A stretch of 63,858 nt of DNA, the filler included, from Neophaeotheca triangularis (lineage: Eukaryota): assembly GCA_054600435.1 (NCBI GenBank). It is 3 parts of 3 records of this genome, joined end to end, with 100 filler letters (N's around TTAATTAATTAA, not from the genome) between each part and the next. Parts side by side here need not be neighbours in the genome. Positions count along the whole stretch, not along the records: positions 24,517 to 48,764 come from BAAIJX010000114.1; 2 more parts are not named here. One strand, given 5' to 3'. A model generated the notes under the pieces. It saw nothing but the letters and a program-made list of their open reading frames with translations. It did no database searches and was not told where the DNA came from. Shown here in pieces: positions 34,884 to 47,264 of the stretch. The first letter of the stretch is position 1, and the number at the start of each line of letters is the position of its first letter. Position numbers and translations under genes: made by a program.

Positions 34884-34968
34884 GTATTACTTTTTGTCCT
34901 TTATCGTGGAAAAAAAAATAAATAAAAAAAAAAAAAAAATATTTTTTTTTTTGCAGTATATACAAAAA

Positions 34969-35052
34969 ATAGGTATGCTGGAATTGGCAGACAGGTTCCA
35001 CTTAGGATGGAATGGTTTGATACCCGTGCAAGTTCAAGTCTTGTTACCTATA
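34969..35052 (+). tRNA. trnL: tRNA-Leu(UAG)
   Basis: TTCCA-CTTAGGA-TGGAA, long variable arm. Confidence 0.9.
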
Positions 35053-35254
35053 TGTAGTACGACAAGATATTTAATCTTTACAAACTTATTAACACTTTAC
35101 ATGGCAAGTTGCTTATCATTTATGTTTGTTTAATAGCTCTCTATTTTTCTATCAATAAAAAGTGCTAAAAAGTATTTATATATAATTTTTTAATAAAAAT
35201 TATGATTAAAAACCGTATAGGTAGGTTACTGGCCATTAAAAATACATAAACTAA

Positions 35255-35327
35255 TATTCCGTTGACTAATCGGCAAGTCATAAATTTTTGGTATTTACTA
35301 TTGAATGTTCGAATCATTCCGGAATAA
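35255..35327 (+). tRNA. trnQ: tRNA-Gln(UUG)
   Basis: TATTCCG/CGGAATA acceptor, loop TTTTGGT. Confidence 0.88.
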
Positions 35328-35428
35328 AAAAAAAATAAATATTGGTTTATAAATTCTGCATACATAATTTTGTTTAAACCTTGTAGTAAGTTTCTACTGC
35401 AATTAATTAAAAAAGTTGTAGCTTTAAA

Positions 35429-35502
35429 GGTGGATATAATTCAATAGGTAGAATGACTGTATGTGGCACAGTAAGTTCCCTGTTCAAGTCAGGGTATCCA
35501 CC
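35429..35502 (+). tRNA. trnH: tRNA-His(GUG)
   Basis: ACTGT-ATGTGGC-ACAGT anticodon arm. Confidence 0.88.
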
Positions 35503-35609
35503 CTTAAATAAGCTTATATTTAACTTATTTTTTTTTTTTTTCTTCAGGGCACCGGCCAAATAAATAAAGGTATGACCTTTAATACTTATATATCTAATAT
35601 AAAAATATA

Positions 35610-35682
35610 GCCCGAGTAGTTCAATAGGTTAGAACATTAATTTCATGCATTAATAATGAGAATTCGAGTTTCTCCTCTGGCT
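35610..35682 (+). tRNA. trnM: tRNA-Met(CAU)
   Basis: TTAAT-TTCATGC-ATTAA anticodon arm. Confidence 0.85.
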
Positions 35683-35838
35683 AATGTAAAATACATAAAA
35701 AAAATACATTTGTTTATTGTGAAAGTATGGGAGGCCGTTGTAAGGGCTAGACAAGAAAAAAAAAAAGAAAATTTTTTTTTTTTTATTAAAAGTATTTCAC
35801 ATGCTAAAGGCCAGGTGTATAATTGACCTACTATATTA

Positions 35839-35909
35839 TTCCTATTAGTTTAATGGTAAAACAGGACACTCCTAACGTCTAGCTCCTAGTTCAACCCTAG
35901 GATAGGAAT
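35839..35909 (+). tRNA. trnR: tRNA-Arg(CCU), paralog of trnR(UCU)
   Basis: TTCCTAT/ATAGGAA acceptor, GGACA-CTCCTAA-CGTCT arm with one A-C mismatch. Confidence 0.75.
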
Positions 35910-36067
35910 TATTTCCATACGGTTCACAAAGAAACTAAAAATAGTTACGACTATTAATTTATTGACTTTTGTTACCATTAGTAATGGTAACAAATTTATT
36001 ATTTGCTTCACTTTCTCTTTTCTCTCCTGAAAAAAAAATAAGAGAGAAATAGGCACTGTTGACACAA

Positions 36068-36152
36068 AGGAAGGTTCCATTTGTTGGTATGATGGGTTGA
36101 GCTGTAAACTCAATAGCTGAGGCTGTCGAAGGTTCAATTCCTTTTCTTCCTA
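36068..36152 (+). tRNA. trnY: tRNA-Tyr(GUA)
   Basis: TTGAG-CTGTAAA-CTCAA, long variable arm. Confidence 0.88.
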
Positions 36153-36199
36153 TTTACTTTTTTTTCTAAAAAACAAAATAACATATATGGTTTTTTGTA

Positions 36200-36270
36200 G
36201 CCTTTATAGCTCAACGGTAGAGCGGAATACTGTTAATATTCTGATATATGTTCAATTCATATTAAGGGCT
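36200..36270 (+). tRNA. trnN: tRNA-Asn(GUU)
   Basis: GAATA-CTGTTAA-TATTC. Confidence 0.9.
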
Positions 36271-36363
36271 TTTCTCTTGTGTTTTTTTTTATTATTTTTT
36301 ATTATTTTTTTTTTCTTCTGTTCTATTCAGGAGAAAAGATAATATAAATATAGTTAGACATAT

Positions 36364-36436
36364 AACATGTTAACTCAATGGCTAGAGTATTGTGCTACGG
36401 ACACAAAGGTTGCAAGTTCAAGTCTTGTACATGTTT
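36364..36436 (+). tRNA. trnR: tRNA-Arg(ACG)
   Basis: TTGTG-CTACGGA-CACAA. Confidence 0.88.
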
Positions 36437-36549
36437 TTTTTTTCTTTTTTTATGCTATATAATATATATATTTTTTTTTTTCTTACTATGGTAAACAATA
36501 ACGCTGTGTACAACCTTATACATGACATTATTAAGTGAATGTCGTAAAG

Positions 36550-36620
36550 GGATATGCGGTAAAAGGTTTTACATTTCGATTGCAGATCGAAAAACGTGGG
36601 GTTCAATTCCTCCATATCTC
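36550..36620 (+). tRNA. trnC: tRNA-Cys(GCA)
   Basis: TTCGA-TTGCAGA-TCGAA. Confidence 0.85.
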
Positions 36621-36814
36621 TTTGGCCCCTAGGTATTAGGTTCAAGCATCTAGTTTTTCTGGACAGTTGCAGTTTACTTTAAACAATATGTTAAATGGCA
36701 AGTATTAATAATATTTGATACTTTTTAATATTTAACCAAGCGTTTTCTCCCCGTACCATTTACAAAAGTATATAATAAAATATTTAAAGGACAGCCTGTT
36801 AATAATAAAAATAA

Positions 36815-37051
<237 letters not shown>

Positions 37052-37181
37052 ACTTTTATCTTTAAATATTAGTTTTTTTTTTTTCATAAATTTAGCATAT
37101 TTATATATAGACATAAATTATAAGTCTAAACTTTTATTTATCTTTTTTTTTTCTCTCCTTAAAAAAAAAAAAACTATTTTA

Positions 37182-37252
37182 CTCTTATTAGCTTAATGGT
37201 AGAGCAGGATACTTCTAATATCTGGGTCCAAGTTCAAGTCTTGGATAAGAAT
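37182..37252 (+). tRNA. trnR: tRNA-Arg(UCU)
   Basis: GGATA-CTTCTAA-TATCT. Confidence 0.85.
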
Positions 37253-37379
37253 ATTTCTTTTGTCTCCTGTGTTTTCTCGAAAAAATAGGAAAAGAAGTCT
37301 TAAATAATTAGCCTATGTCACTATAAAGTTTTTAGACAAAAACTATTGATATATTTTACAATTAAATTTTAATTATGCA

Positions 37380-38132
37380 ATGACAAATTTATTTAATTTT
37401 TTTTCTCTTAAATGTGATGCACCTAGACCATGAGGTATATATTTTCAAGACAGTGCAAGTCCGCAAATGGAAGCTTTAGTGGAACTACATGACAATATCA
37501 TGTTTTATTTAGTAATAATACTATTTGGTGTAGCTTGAATGTTGGCTTCTTCAATAAGAAACTACGTGAGCAGCAGATCTCCGATAAGTAACAAATACCT
37601 TAACCACGGTACACTTATAGAATTAATTTGAACAATAACTCCAGCACTAATACTTATATTAATAGCATTTCCTTCTTTTAAACTTTTATACCTAATGGAT
37701 GAAGTAACAGATCCTTCGCTTACTGTATTTGTAGAAGGTCACCAATGATATTGAAGCTACCAATACCCTGACTTCCTTAACGCTGACGATGAAGAATTAG
37801 AATTTGACTCATATTTAGTTCCAGAATCAGACTTAGAAGATGGAAGCTTAAGAATGTTAGAAGTTGATAACAGAGTTATACTACCAGAACTTACTCATGT
37901 TAGATTTATTATTTCCTCTGGTGATGTAATACACTCTTATGCATGTCCTGCTTTAGGAATAAAATGTGATGCTTATCCTGGTAGATTAAATCAAATCTCT
38001 GTACTTGTAAACAGAGAAGGTTCTTTCTTTGGTCAATGTTCAGAAATATGTGGTATTTTACACAGTTCTATGCCAATTGTAATAGAATCAATATCATTAG
38101 AGAAATTCTTGTCATGATTACAGGAGCAATAA
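37380..38132 (+). CDS. cox2: Cytochrome c oxidase subunit 2, intronless, 250 aa
   Basis: [45 protein letters not shown] (CuA site). Confidence 0.98.
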
Positions 38133-38209
38133 AATAAATATCCGTTTCACAAAAAAAAAAAAAAAAAAATAAATAACCTAGTATTTATGAAAATTAATTT
38201 AATATAAAC

Positions 38210-40309
38210 ATGTCAAATTTAAATAGAAGTAATTTTCAAGGACATCCGTTTCATTTAGTATCACCCTCTCCCTGACCCATATTTACTTGTATAAGTTTAT
38301 TAAATCTAACTACTGCAGGTGTCTCAACTATGCATGGTTTTTCAAACTCAGGTTATTGATTGTTTTTTGCACTAGTGTTGTTAATATCAAGCATGTTTTT
38401 ATGATTCAGAGATGTGATCTCAGAAGGAACATATTTAGGTAATCACACTTTAGCTGTGCAAAGAGGTTTAAATATGGGAGTTGCATTATTTATAGTGTCT
38501 GAAGCCTTATTTTTTTTAGCAATCTTTTGAGCATACTTTCACAGTGCATTATCACCAACTGTTGAATTAGGAGCTCAGTGACCTCCAATGGGTATAGAAG
38601 CAATTAATGCTTTTGAATTACCTTTACTTAACACTGTCTTACTGTTAGCTTCAGGTGTTACAATTACATATTCACATCATTCAGTAATACAAGGTAACAG
38701 AAACGGAGCTTTACATGGAGCAGTATATACTATCATTTTAGCTGCAATATTCACAGCTTTCCAAGGTGTAGAATATTCTGTTTCTTCTTTCACTATCTCA
38801 GATGGTGCATTTGGATCTTGTTTCTATTTTGGAACTGGGTTAATTACAGCCCCTATTAATTATGATAAAAGTAATAAATTATCCCCTTTTTGGGTGACTG
38901 GCTTTTGTGATGCTGAAAGCTCTTTCAGTATTAAAGTAGGTAAAGATAATAGCAGAGTAAATAATATAAAACTTACTCCTGAATTTAGCATAGAATTACA
39001 TGTCAAAGATATTTTTATACTAGAAATTATTAAAGAATTTTTCACTGTAGGTTATATAACAAAACGTATACGTAATGGAAAGCCTACTGCTATATACTCT
39101 GTTCAATCAGTTAGGACTATTCATCAAGTAATTATTCCCCACTTTAAAAAATATCCTTTGCTAACTCAAAAATCGGTTGATTTTAATTTGTTTAATTCTG
39201 TGTTAGATATAATATACTATAACAATAAACTAACTTATGAAAATATAATACAGATATTATCTTTTAAAGGTTCTATGGGTAGAAACACAGGATTACCTAC
39301 TGCATTATGTAAATTATTTCCTGAGGTGAAAAAAATAAGTAGACCTGTTATCTCCTCAAATAGTATTAATTCTTCTCTTTGATTAGCAGGGTTTGTTAGC
39401 GGAGATGGTATGTTTTATATAAAGCCAGTTTATTACAAAGGAAGTTTATGTAGATTCACTTTAGTGTTTTCTTTAACTCAACACGCAAGAGATTTGCATT
39501 TATTAAATGTTATAAAAGATTTTTTTAAATGTGGTGTTATAGAAAATAAACCAAGTAGACCTAATGAAGTAAGTTTTTCTGTTACAAGTTTAGGTGATGT
39601 ACTAAAAATAGTTATACCTTTTTTTCAAGAAAATCCAATGTTGGGAAAAAAAAAACTAGATTTTTCAGACTTCAGCAAAGTTGCTAATATTATAAAAGAA
39701 AAACAAAGCCTAACTAAAAAGGATGTAAATATTATTCTTTCCATTAAAAGTGGAATGAACACCAAGCGTAAATGATAATTTATTATTACATATTATAATT
39801 AATAGAAAACGGGGTAAATTGCATGAAACTCCTTTACTGACCTATAATATTAATTATTATTCTCTTTATATTAATCAAATTTTTTAATAATAAATATTGT
39901 ATAAGAAAATATATTATAATACAAGGTAAGGACAATATGCAGCCAAGCATATACTAAATATATAATAAAAGGAGTATATGAAGGTTCAACGACTAGTAGG
40001 TGAGTACTATATTTACAATAACCTGCCACGAAAACCTCGCAACATAATTAATTATGTTGATGACATAGTCTGAACCATTCTGATAAGGAATGGAAATAAA
40101 GGATAAAGAGCCTTTAACTTAACAAGTTTGTCCATGGATTACACGTTATTATAGGTACAATATTTTTGGGTGTAGGTTTTTGACGTTTGTTAGCGTACCA
40201 CTTAACAGAAAACCATCACTTAGGTTTGGAATCAGGAATACTATATTGACACTTTGTTGATGTGGTGTGATTATTCTTGTTTCTGTCTGTTTACTACTGA
40301 GGTTCTTAA
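38210..40309 (+). CDS. cox3: Cytochrome c oxidase subunit 3; exons 38210-38840 and 40131-40309 (269 aa)
   Basis: [12 protein letters not shown], splice restores GTG-F-HGLHV, ends YWHFVDVVWLF..YYWGS. Confidence 0.97.
38841..39778 (+). CDS. Double-motif LAGLIDADG homing endonuclease/maturase in frame with cox3 exon 1
   Basis: [13 protein letters not shown] and [13 protein letters not shown]-terminal IKSGMN; open under code 4. Confidence 0.93.
38841..40130 (+). mobile_element. Group I intron in cox3 (1290 nt)
   Basis: Exon ends in T, intron ends in G; core-like GTTCAACGACTAG and GACATAGTCTG near the 3' end; splicing restores the cox3 frame. Confidence 0.92.
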
Positions 40310-40486
40310 ATTAAGACAAAGTATATATGCAAACTATTTTTTAATAGTGAGATCTATAATACCTATACTATAGATTATAAATAAAAAAAAAAATAAATTA
40401 AACAGTTTCTTGAAAAAAAAAAAAAAAACCGTACCTTGCCTTGTATATTTTTTAGTAAAATGAGATAATTAATATATTATTTATTT

Positions 40487-41233
40487 ATGACTTCTTTAGT
40501 AACTAGATATTTCAATGTTGAACAAATAAACTCATCAATAAGAAGAATAAGAGAAGGACAGAGTACAATGGAACACCGTACCAGTACAGCTACTCTAAAC
40601 TTGATAAGAAATTATTTTCACATAGATAAGTTTGCTATTACTCCTGAGCAAACTCAGGATATTACAAACAAAAAGCCCGATTTTGCAATAGAACGTTATA
40701 CACCTAATACTTTTGCTGCTCCAGAATATGTTATACATTGTTATGTAGAAGTTAAGAGTATTGTTAACAGTAATTTTCCTAGCATTTTGCAACAATTGGA
40801 TAGTACCATGTGTGCTGCGATAGATCATTTCGGTAATCAGGTGTCAGGTAGTTTTTCATCATTTATGATAGCTATGAAAGGTACTAAATTAGCTTTTTAC
40901 CACTATCACACTTTTGCCAGTCTATTGGATGAGCATGGTATTCTTAATTATAATGGATTTATACCAGTTAACTTTGAAATACCAAGAGAGTCTATTTTAA
41001 GCTTTAATAAAGATGGTATTTTTAGTGCACATGTTGCGGATAGTTACGCTGCAAAAATGGTACATATAACTACCAATTCTACTATCTTACAGCAGTTAGG
41101 AGCAATAGGTACAAACGATATACCCCATCCGCATATTTTAGATTTGGATAATATAAATCATAGGGAACAAATCCATCAAATATTTGTTTATATTTCACAA
41201 ACGAACCCTAATGAGTTACTACATGTACGATAG
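40487..41233 (+). CDS. Free-standing mitochondrial ORF248, predicted PD-(D/E)XK nuclease fold
   Basis: Intact 248-aa ORF; E29 helix, F.ITPEQ, KPDF (P64-D65), YVEVK (E88-x-K90), LQQL helix, MIAMKGTKLAFY strands. Confidence 0.75.
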   Translation: MTSLVTRYFNVEQINSSIRRIREGQSTMEHRTSTATLNLIRNYFHIDKFAITPEQTQDITNKKPDFAIERYTPNTFAAPEYVIHCYVEVKSIVNSNFPSILQQLDSTMCAAIDHFGNQVSGSFSSFMIAMKGTKLAFYHYHTFASLLDEHGILNYNGFIPVNFEIPRESILSFNKDGIFSAHVADSYAAKMVHITTNSTILQQLGAIGTNDIPHPHILDLDNINHREQIHQIFVYISQTNPNELLHVR

Positions 41234-41258
41234 AAAAAAAAAAATTATTTTTTTTTTA

Positions 41259-41337
41259 TTTGTTTATACTAATAGGTTTATTTGGTTCTAGTAATAGAGT
41301 TAGAGCTAGTTTTTACTTATCTTTATATACACTTTTA
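41259..41337 (+). repeat. 79-bp duplicated fragment of nad4 coding sequence (inverted relative to 46275-46353)
   Basis: 77/79 identical by manual alignment; encodes LFILIGLFGSSNRVRASFYLSLYTLL. Confidence 0.93.
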
Positions 41338-41380
41338 CGTTATTTATTATTTTCACTGAACAAAAAAAAAAAAAAAAAAG

Positions 41381-41650
41381 ATGAATATTTCTTTAATACT
41401 ATTTTTAATAGGAATATTAGGTTTTGTTTTAAACAGAAAAAATATTATTCTTATGTTAATTTCTATTGAAATAATGCTATTAGCTATTACATTTTTAATA
41501 CTAATAAGTTCACTTGGTTTTGATGATATACTAGGGCAAACATATGCTATATACATAATAGCAATTGCCGGAGCAGAATCAGCTATAGGTTTAGGTATCT
41601 TGGTTGCATTCTATAGATTAAGAGGAAGTGTGGCAATAGAATTTAAATAA
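41381..41650 (+). CDS. nad4L: NADH dehydrogenase subunit 4L, 89 aa; TAATG overlap with nad5
   Basis: [38 protein letters not shown]. Confidence 0.98.
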   Translation: MNISLILFLIGILGFVLNRKNIILMLISIEIMLLAITFLILISSLGFDDILGQTYAIYIIAIAGAESAIGLGILVAFYRLRGSVAIEFK

Positions 41651-44600
41651 TGTATTTAGCTATAATATTATTACCTTTATTAGGTTCAATAGTTTCGGGA
41701 TTTTTTGGTAGAAAAATAGGAGTTAGCGGAGCACAGTTAGTAACATGTAGTTCAGTGATAACAACCACTGTACTAGCAACTATTGTTTTCTTTGAAGTGG
41801 GAATGAATAATATACCTGTTTCTATAGAACTGTTCAGGTGAATAGATTCAGAATCATTAAATGTTCTTTGAAGTTTCAACTTTGACTCTTTAACTGTATC
41901 TATGTTAATACCTGTATTAATAGTTTCTTCATTAGTGCATATATATTCTATAGGATATATGAGTCATGATCCGCACAATCAAAGATTTTTCAGTTATTTA
42001 AGTTTGTTCACATTTATGATGATAATACTTGTAACGTCAAATAATTTTCTTCTTATGTTTGTGGGTTGAGAAGGTGTTGGGGTTTGTTCTTATTTATTAG
42101 TGAGTTTCTGATTCACTAGAATAGCTGCAAACCAAAGCTCTCTTTCTGCATTTTTAACAAACAGAGTGGGTGATTGTTTTCTTACTATAGGTATGTTTGC
42201 AATACTGTGATCCTTTGGTAATGTAGATTACTCTACAGTATTTTCAACTGCACCTTTTTTAAGTGAGAACATTGTAACTTTAATAGGAATATGTCTATTA
42301 ATAGGAGCTATGGCTAAAAGTTCTCAAATAGGTCTCCATGTTTGACTACCTATGGCGATGGAGGGTTTAGTAACAAGGGCTCTCCTTAAATTTCACTATA
42401 TGCGGGAACATGCCTTAACATCAAAGTCCACCAGTTACTTTGTAGCCATTGGAAAAATCTTTAATGTGGCACAATCCGCAGGAAACCATAGGCGTAAGCT
42501 TATGGGCTCCTCAGAGACTACACGTGAAACGATTAAAATAGATCATGCATTTAAATGATGATTAATAGGATTTGCTGAAGGAGACGGTTGTTTTGGTATA
42601 GATAAGACAGGTTATTTAGTTTTTAAAGTAACACAATCTACTCTAGATTGCCAAGTCTTATTTTTTATAAAGAAAAGTCTAGGGTTTGGAAGTGTATCTT
42701 TACAAAGTAAATCAAGTAACACTCATCAATATAGAGTTAGAGATAAAAGTAATCTAATTAATATTATAAATATATTTAACGGAAACCTTATAACTAAAGC
42801 TAAAATAACTCAATTTAAATTATTTCTAGATGCTTTTAATAGTAAGTATAATACTGATATCACATTCATAGAATGTAATAAAAAGGTTACTTTAAATAAT
42901 GGCTGACTTTCTGGATTTACGGATGCTGAAGGCTGTTTTACATCTTCAGCATATTTAAGTAAAGCCACAAACAAACATATTGTAACGGTGAGGTACGTTA
43001 TATCTCAAAAGAACGATATAGAGTTTAGTCAATATTTAGCTGGTTTACTAAATGGTTATATAACTTATATAAAGAGTTATGATGGATACAATACGGTAGT
43101 TAACTACAGTAAGTTAAATATTATAATAAATTATATTAAAAGTTACCCTTTGAAAACTAAGAAACATGTTTCATACCTAAGATGATTGAAGGTTTATCAA
43201 CTAGTAAAAGATAAACGTCATCATAATTCAGAGGGTATAGAAAAAATTAAGTCCTTAATAAAATTAATCAATAAATAAATGTCGTGCTTTGCTTGCACAC
43301 ACACACGTAGTCTGCGTGTGTGTGTGCGTGAGCGCTTATTCTTTTCTAAGAATAAGTGCCTGTGAAAAATTATCGAAGATATAGTCCGAACAATAATGTA
43401 AGTTATTGAGTATTTGTGTCGTATTTGTACATACTTGTATATAACACGAATCAACATCTTTGCCTACTCCTGTTTCTGCATTGATACACGCAGCTACAAT
43501 GGTGACAGCAGGTGTGTATTTATTAATGCGTAGTTCACCTCTTATCGAATATAGTAACACAGTTTTATTACTATGTTTATGACTAGGAGCTATTACTACA
43601 GTGTTTAGCTCTCTTATTGGTTTATTTCAACAAGATATAAAAAAAGTTATAGCCTACTCCACAATGAGCCAATTGGGGATGATGGTTATAGCAGTAGGAT
43701 TATCTTCTTATAACCTAGCCTTATTTCATTTAGTTAATCATGCTTTTTATAAGGGGCTTCTTTTTTTAGGAGCTGGTGCAGTTATACACGCTGTTTCAGA
43801 CAACCAAGATTTCAGAAAATATGGAGGATTAAGGGCATTTTTACCCTTAACCTACTCAGTAATGTTAATTGCCTCTTTAAGTTTGGTTGCTTTTCCATTT
43901 ATGACTGGTTTCTATTCTAAAGATTTCATACTTGAGTCTGCATATGGACAATTTCATTTTTCTAGTACAGCAGTGTATTTCATTTCAACCATTGGAGCAA
44001 TGTTTACTACTTTATACTCAGTTAAAGTATTATATCTTACATTCTTAACAAATCCTAATGGTCCCATGGTTAACTATAAGCAGGCCCATGAGGGAGATAT
44101 CTACATGAGCTTACCTCTAATTATATTAGCTGTTTTTTCTGTTTTTTTTGGTTACGTAACAAAAGACATGTTTATAGGGTTAGGTTCTGATTTTTTTGCT
44201 GACAACAGTTTATTTATACATCCTGCACATGAAATCATGTTAAACACAGAATTTGCTGTACCCACTTTTTTCAAACTTTTACCTTTATTTTTTACAGTTT
44301 CATTAAGTATAATATCTATATTACTATCAGAGTTTTTACCTAAAACTTTAGTTTACTTTAAGTTATCTAGATTAGGTTATAACATTTATAGTTTCTTTAA
44401 CCAACGTTTTTTAATTGAGCTTTTTTATAATAGATTTATAACAGACTTTGTACTTAAGTTAGGAGGACAAACAACTAAAATAATTGACAAAGGTTCAATC
44501 GAATTAGTAGGTCCTTTTGGTTTAGAAAAAGGATTAGTTGGCTTAAGTAGGAATATAGCAAGCCTAGATACGGGTGTAATTACATCATATGCCTTGTATA

Positions 44601-44713
44601 TATTAGTAGGTTTAATGTCTTATGCATTAATACCTTACTTGTACACAGTAGATAACAACTTATTAGTTGTTATATTATTTGCTTTACTAAGTATAGTAAA
44701 AACTAACAAATAA
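41650..44713 (+). CDS. nad5: NADH dehydrogenase subunit 5; exons 41650-42366 and 43463-44713
   Basis: Splice restores [43 protein letters not shown]. Confidence 0.97.
42367..43278 (+). CDS. Double-motif LAGLIDADG endonuclease in frame with nad5 exon 1
   Basis: [12 protein letters not shown] and [12 protein letters not shown]; open under code 4. Confidence 0.9.
42367..43462 (+). mobile_element. Group I intron in nad5 after nucleotide 717 (1096 nt)
   Basis: GGT|...G|CCT boundaries; core motifs AATCCGCAGG, TCAGAGACTACA, AAGATATAGTCC. Confidence 0.93.
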
Positions 44714-45320
44714 AAAAAAAAATATTTTTTTTTTATTTGTAAAACCGTATGGCCAGTAACCTAGTGTAATAGTCTAATCTACTTAGTGTTATTACAAATA
44801 TTTTTTTTTTTTTTTTACACATAATTATTTGCCTTTCTAGCAAACTAATATAAGTAGGTTTAAAATGGTATATAGATATGCTAAGATATTTGACTGGGGT
44901 TTACTACAAATATATTTGGTCAATTGTTACTTTTTTTACTTAAATTCTCTGCTTTTAACCAGTGTTTCTATTTGTAGCTTAAATAATTTTTTGTATTTTT
45001 TTACTGTTGATATTATTTTTCCTATCATTATACACGTGGAAAGAGAAATATGTAATGAAAAACCACTTTCCACAGTATATAAGAGTAATAATTCCAGTAA
45101 CAACGGTTGTAAATACTTAGCCATTTATGATTAAGAAAGACAAAAATACTTTTTATTAAAAATAACAATAGGTATTATTAATTATAGAGATCGCAAACAT
45201 ATGTAAGCTAAAGTTAACCTTATGTTTTTTTTCTTGTAACTAATATAAGCATATACTAGCTATTTCTATATGTAGAAAACTGATATAAACGTGTACCATA
45301 TTTTTTTTTTTATTTTTTGT

Positions 45321-46835
45321 TTATACAAGAGAACAATGTATTAATGACGTAACAGAATAGTGTAAACCATCTAAAATAGGTGCAGGGTACACTCCTAGTA
45401 TTACTGTGAATACTACTAATGTAAGTAGTATAAAGAATTCCCTTTTTGTTAAATCAGGTATATTGAATTTAAAAAATCTTGAGAAAGATCCACCATACGC
45501 TATTCTATTAAACATGTACATAGTGTATGCTGCACTGAAAACAATAGAAGAGCTGGCAAGTCCACCTAATAAAGGTAGTCTTTCAAAAGTTCCGTAAAGA
45601 CTCATAAATTCCCCAATAAAATTAAGAGATAAAGGAGTCCCAGCATTACCTAGACAAAGTATAAAGAACAATATAGAAAATAAAGGCATGACCTGGGCTA
45701 TACCTCTATAAAAAGTAATCAGTCTAGTAGAAGATCTGTCGTATAACACACCTCCTGCACATATAAATAGACCAGAAGAAACAAAACCGTGCGCTAATCC
45801 TAGTGTAATTCCTCCTTCTATTCCTTGTACTGAGTTACTAAACACACCTAACAAGTAAACAGCCGCGTGTGAAACAGAACTATAAGCAATAAGTTCTTTA
45901 ACATCTATAGTTCTTAAAGTACTAAAACTAGCATATATTATTGTAACAACTCCTATCACAAATATAACAGGAGTAAGATAAAAATAAGCTTTAGGTAATA
46001 AAGGAAGTATTAATCTAAGTATACCATATAGGCTTAATTTTAACACTATAGCTGCAAGTATTATACTTCCACCTAGAGGTGATTCAACGTGAGCCTTTAA
46101 AAGCCAAGTATTTAAAAAAATAGTAGGAGTTTTAACAGCAAATGCTATAAAAATACCATAAAATAGAAACAGTTGAGTGAAAAAATTAAAATTGGTTTTG
46201 TATAATGCATCAAAATCAGTAGTACCCATTATTGAGGACATTGTTAATATAGACAACAATAAAAATAAAGAACCTAAAAGTGTATATAAAAATAGGTAAA
46301 AACTAGCTCTAACTCTATTACTAGAACCAAATAAACCTATTAGTATAAACAAAGGAGGTAATATACTTTCAAAAAAAATATAAAACAACAAAATATCCAG
46401 TACTAAGAAAACTGCCAACAACAATGTTTCTAATAACAATATAATAATAACGTAGGACTTTACATTTTCGGAGATTGAATTTCAGTTAGATAACAGTGAA
46501 ATAGGCATTATTATTGTAGTTAAAAGAACAAAATATATAGATATACCATCTAGTCCTAAATAAAAATCAAAACTACTTATTCTGTGATATTCTTGTACAA
46601 ATTGGAATTGATTACTACTTAAATTAAAAAAACCAAATATAAGAAAAGAGATAAACAAATTAACTGTTGAAGTAGTTAAACCAATTACTTTTATTTGTTT
46701 TATATTTAACGCAGTATTTTTACTATTTATTGTTTCGTTATTATTTCCAACCAGTGGCCCAAAACTCGGTGATGAAATAGTAGAAATTAAAAAAATTCCT
46801 GCTAGAGGTATTAACAGTAATAGTGTAAGTAACAT
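45321..46835 (-). CDS. nad4: NADH dehydrogenase subunit 4, intronless, 504 aa
   Basis: LGLDGISIYF, FAVKTP..WLLKAHVESP, KELIAYSSVSH, NFIGEF. Confidence 0.97.
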
Positions 46836-47264
46836 AAGTTAATAATATATTAATTAAATAAATTTTCATGAAAAATTAATTTATACTAGTTTTCTGTCTT
46901 TCTTGTCTTCTGTAGAAAAGACAAAAATAAAAAGGAGAAATAAAAAAGGGTAAATTTACTAGTTTATAACACTATATATCTCTATATAGTTTAAAAATTT
47001 TTTTTTTTGAGGAAAGAAAAGAAATAATTACATTATCAAACATGTTAGTAAAGTAGACAAAAAAAAATTAAAAATAATAATTTTAAACCAATATACGTTG
47101 GGCCACTGGCCAGCCATAAAAGTTACCAATGATAAAAAATTTTTCTTTTCGTCTTTTATATGTTTATTAATTATTTAATTGTAAAAAAAAAAGTATAAAA
47201 TAAAAACAATAGTATTTTTCCAGTTTACTGGATAAAAAAAGAAAACAGTAGGTAAACAGTTTGG

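Noticed and set aside
44865..45134. Overlapping short mt ORFs between nad5 and nad4
   Set aside because: Short, low-complexity, no motif; cannot be supported as genes
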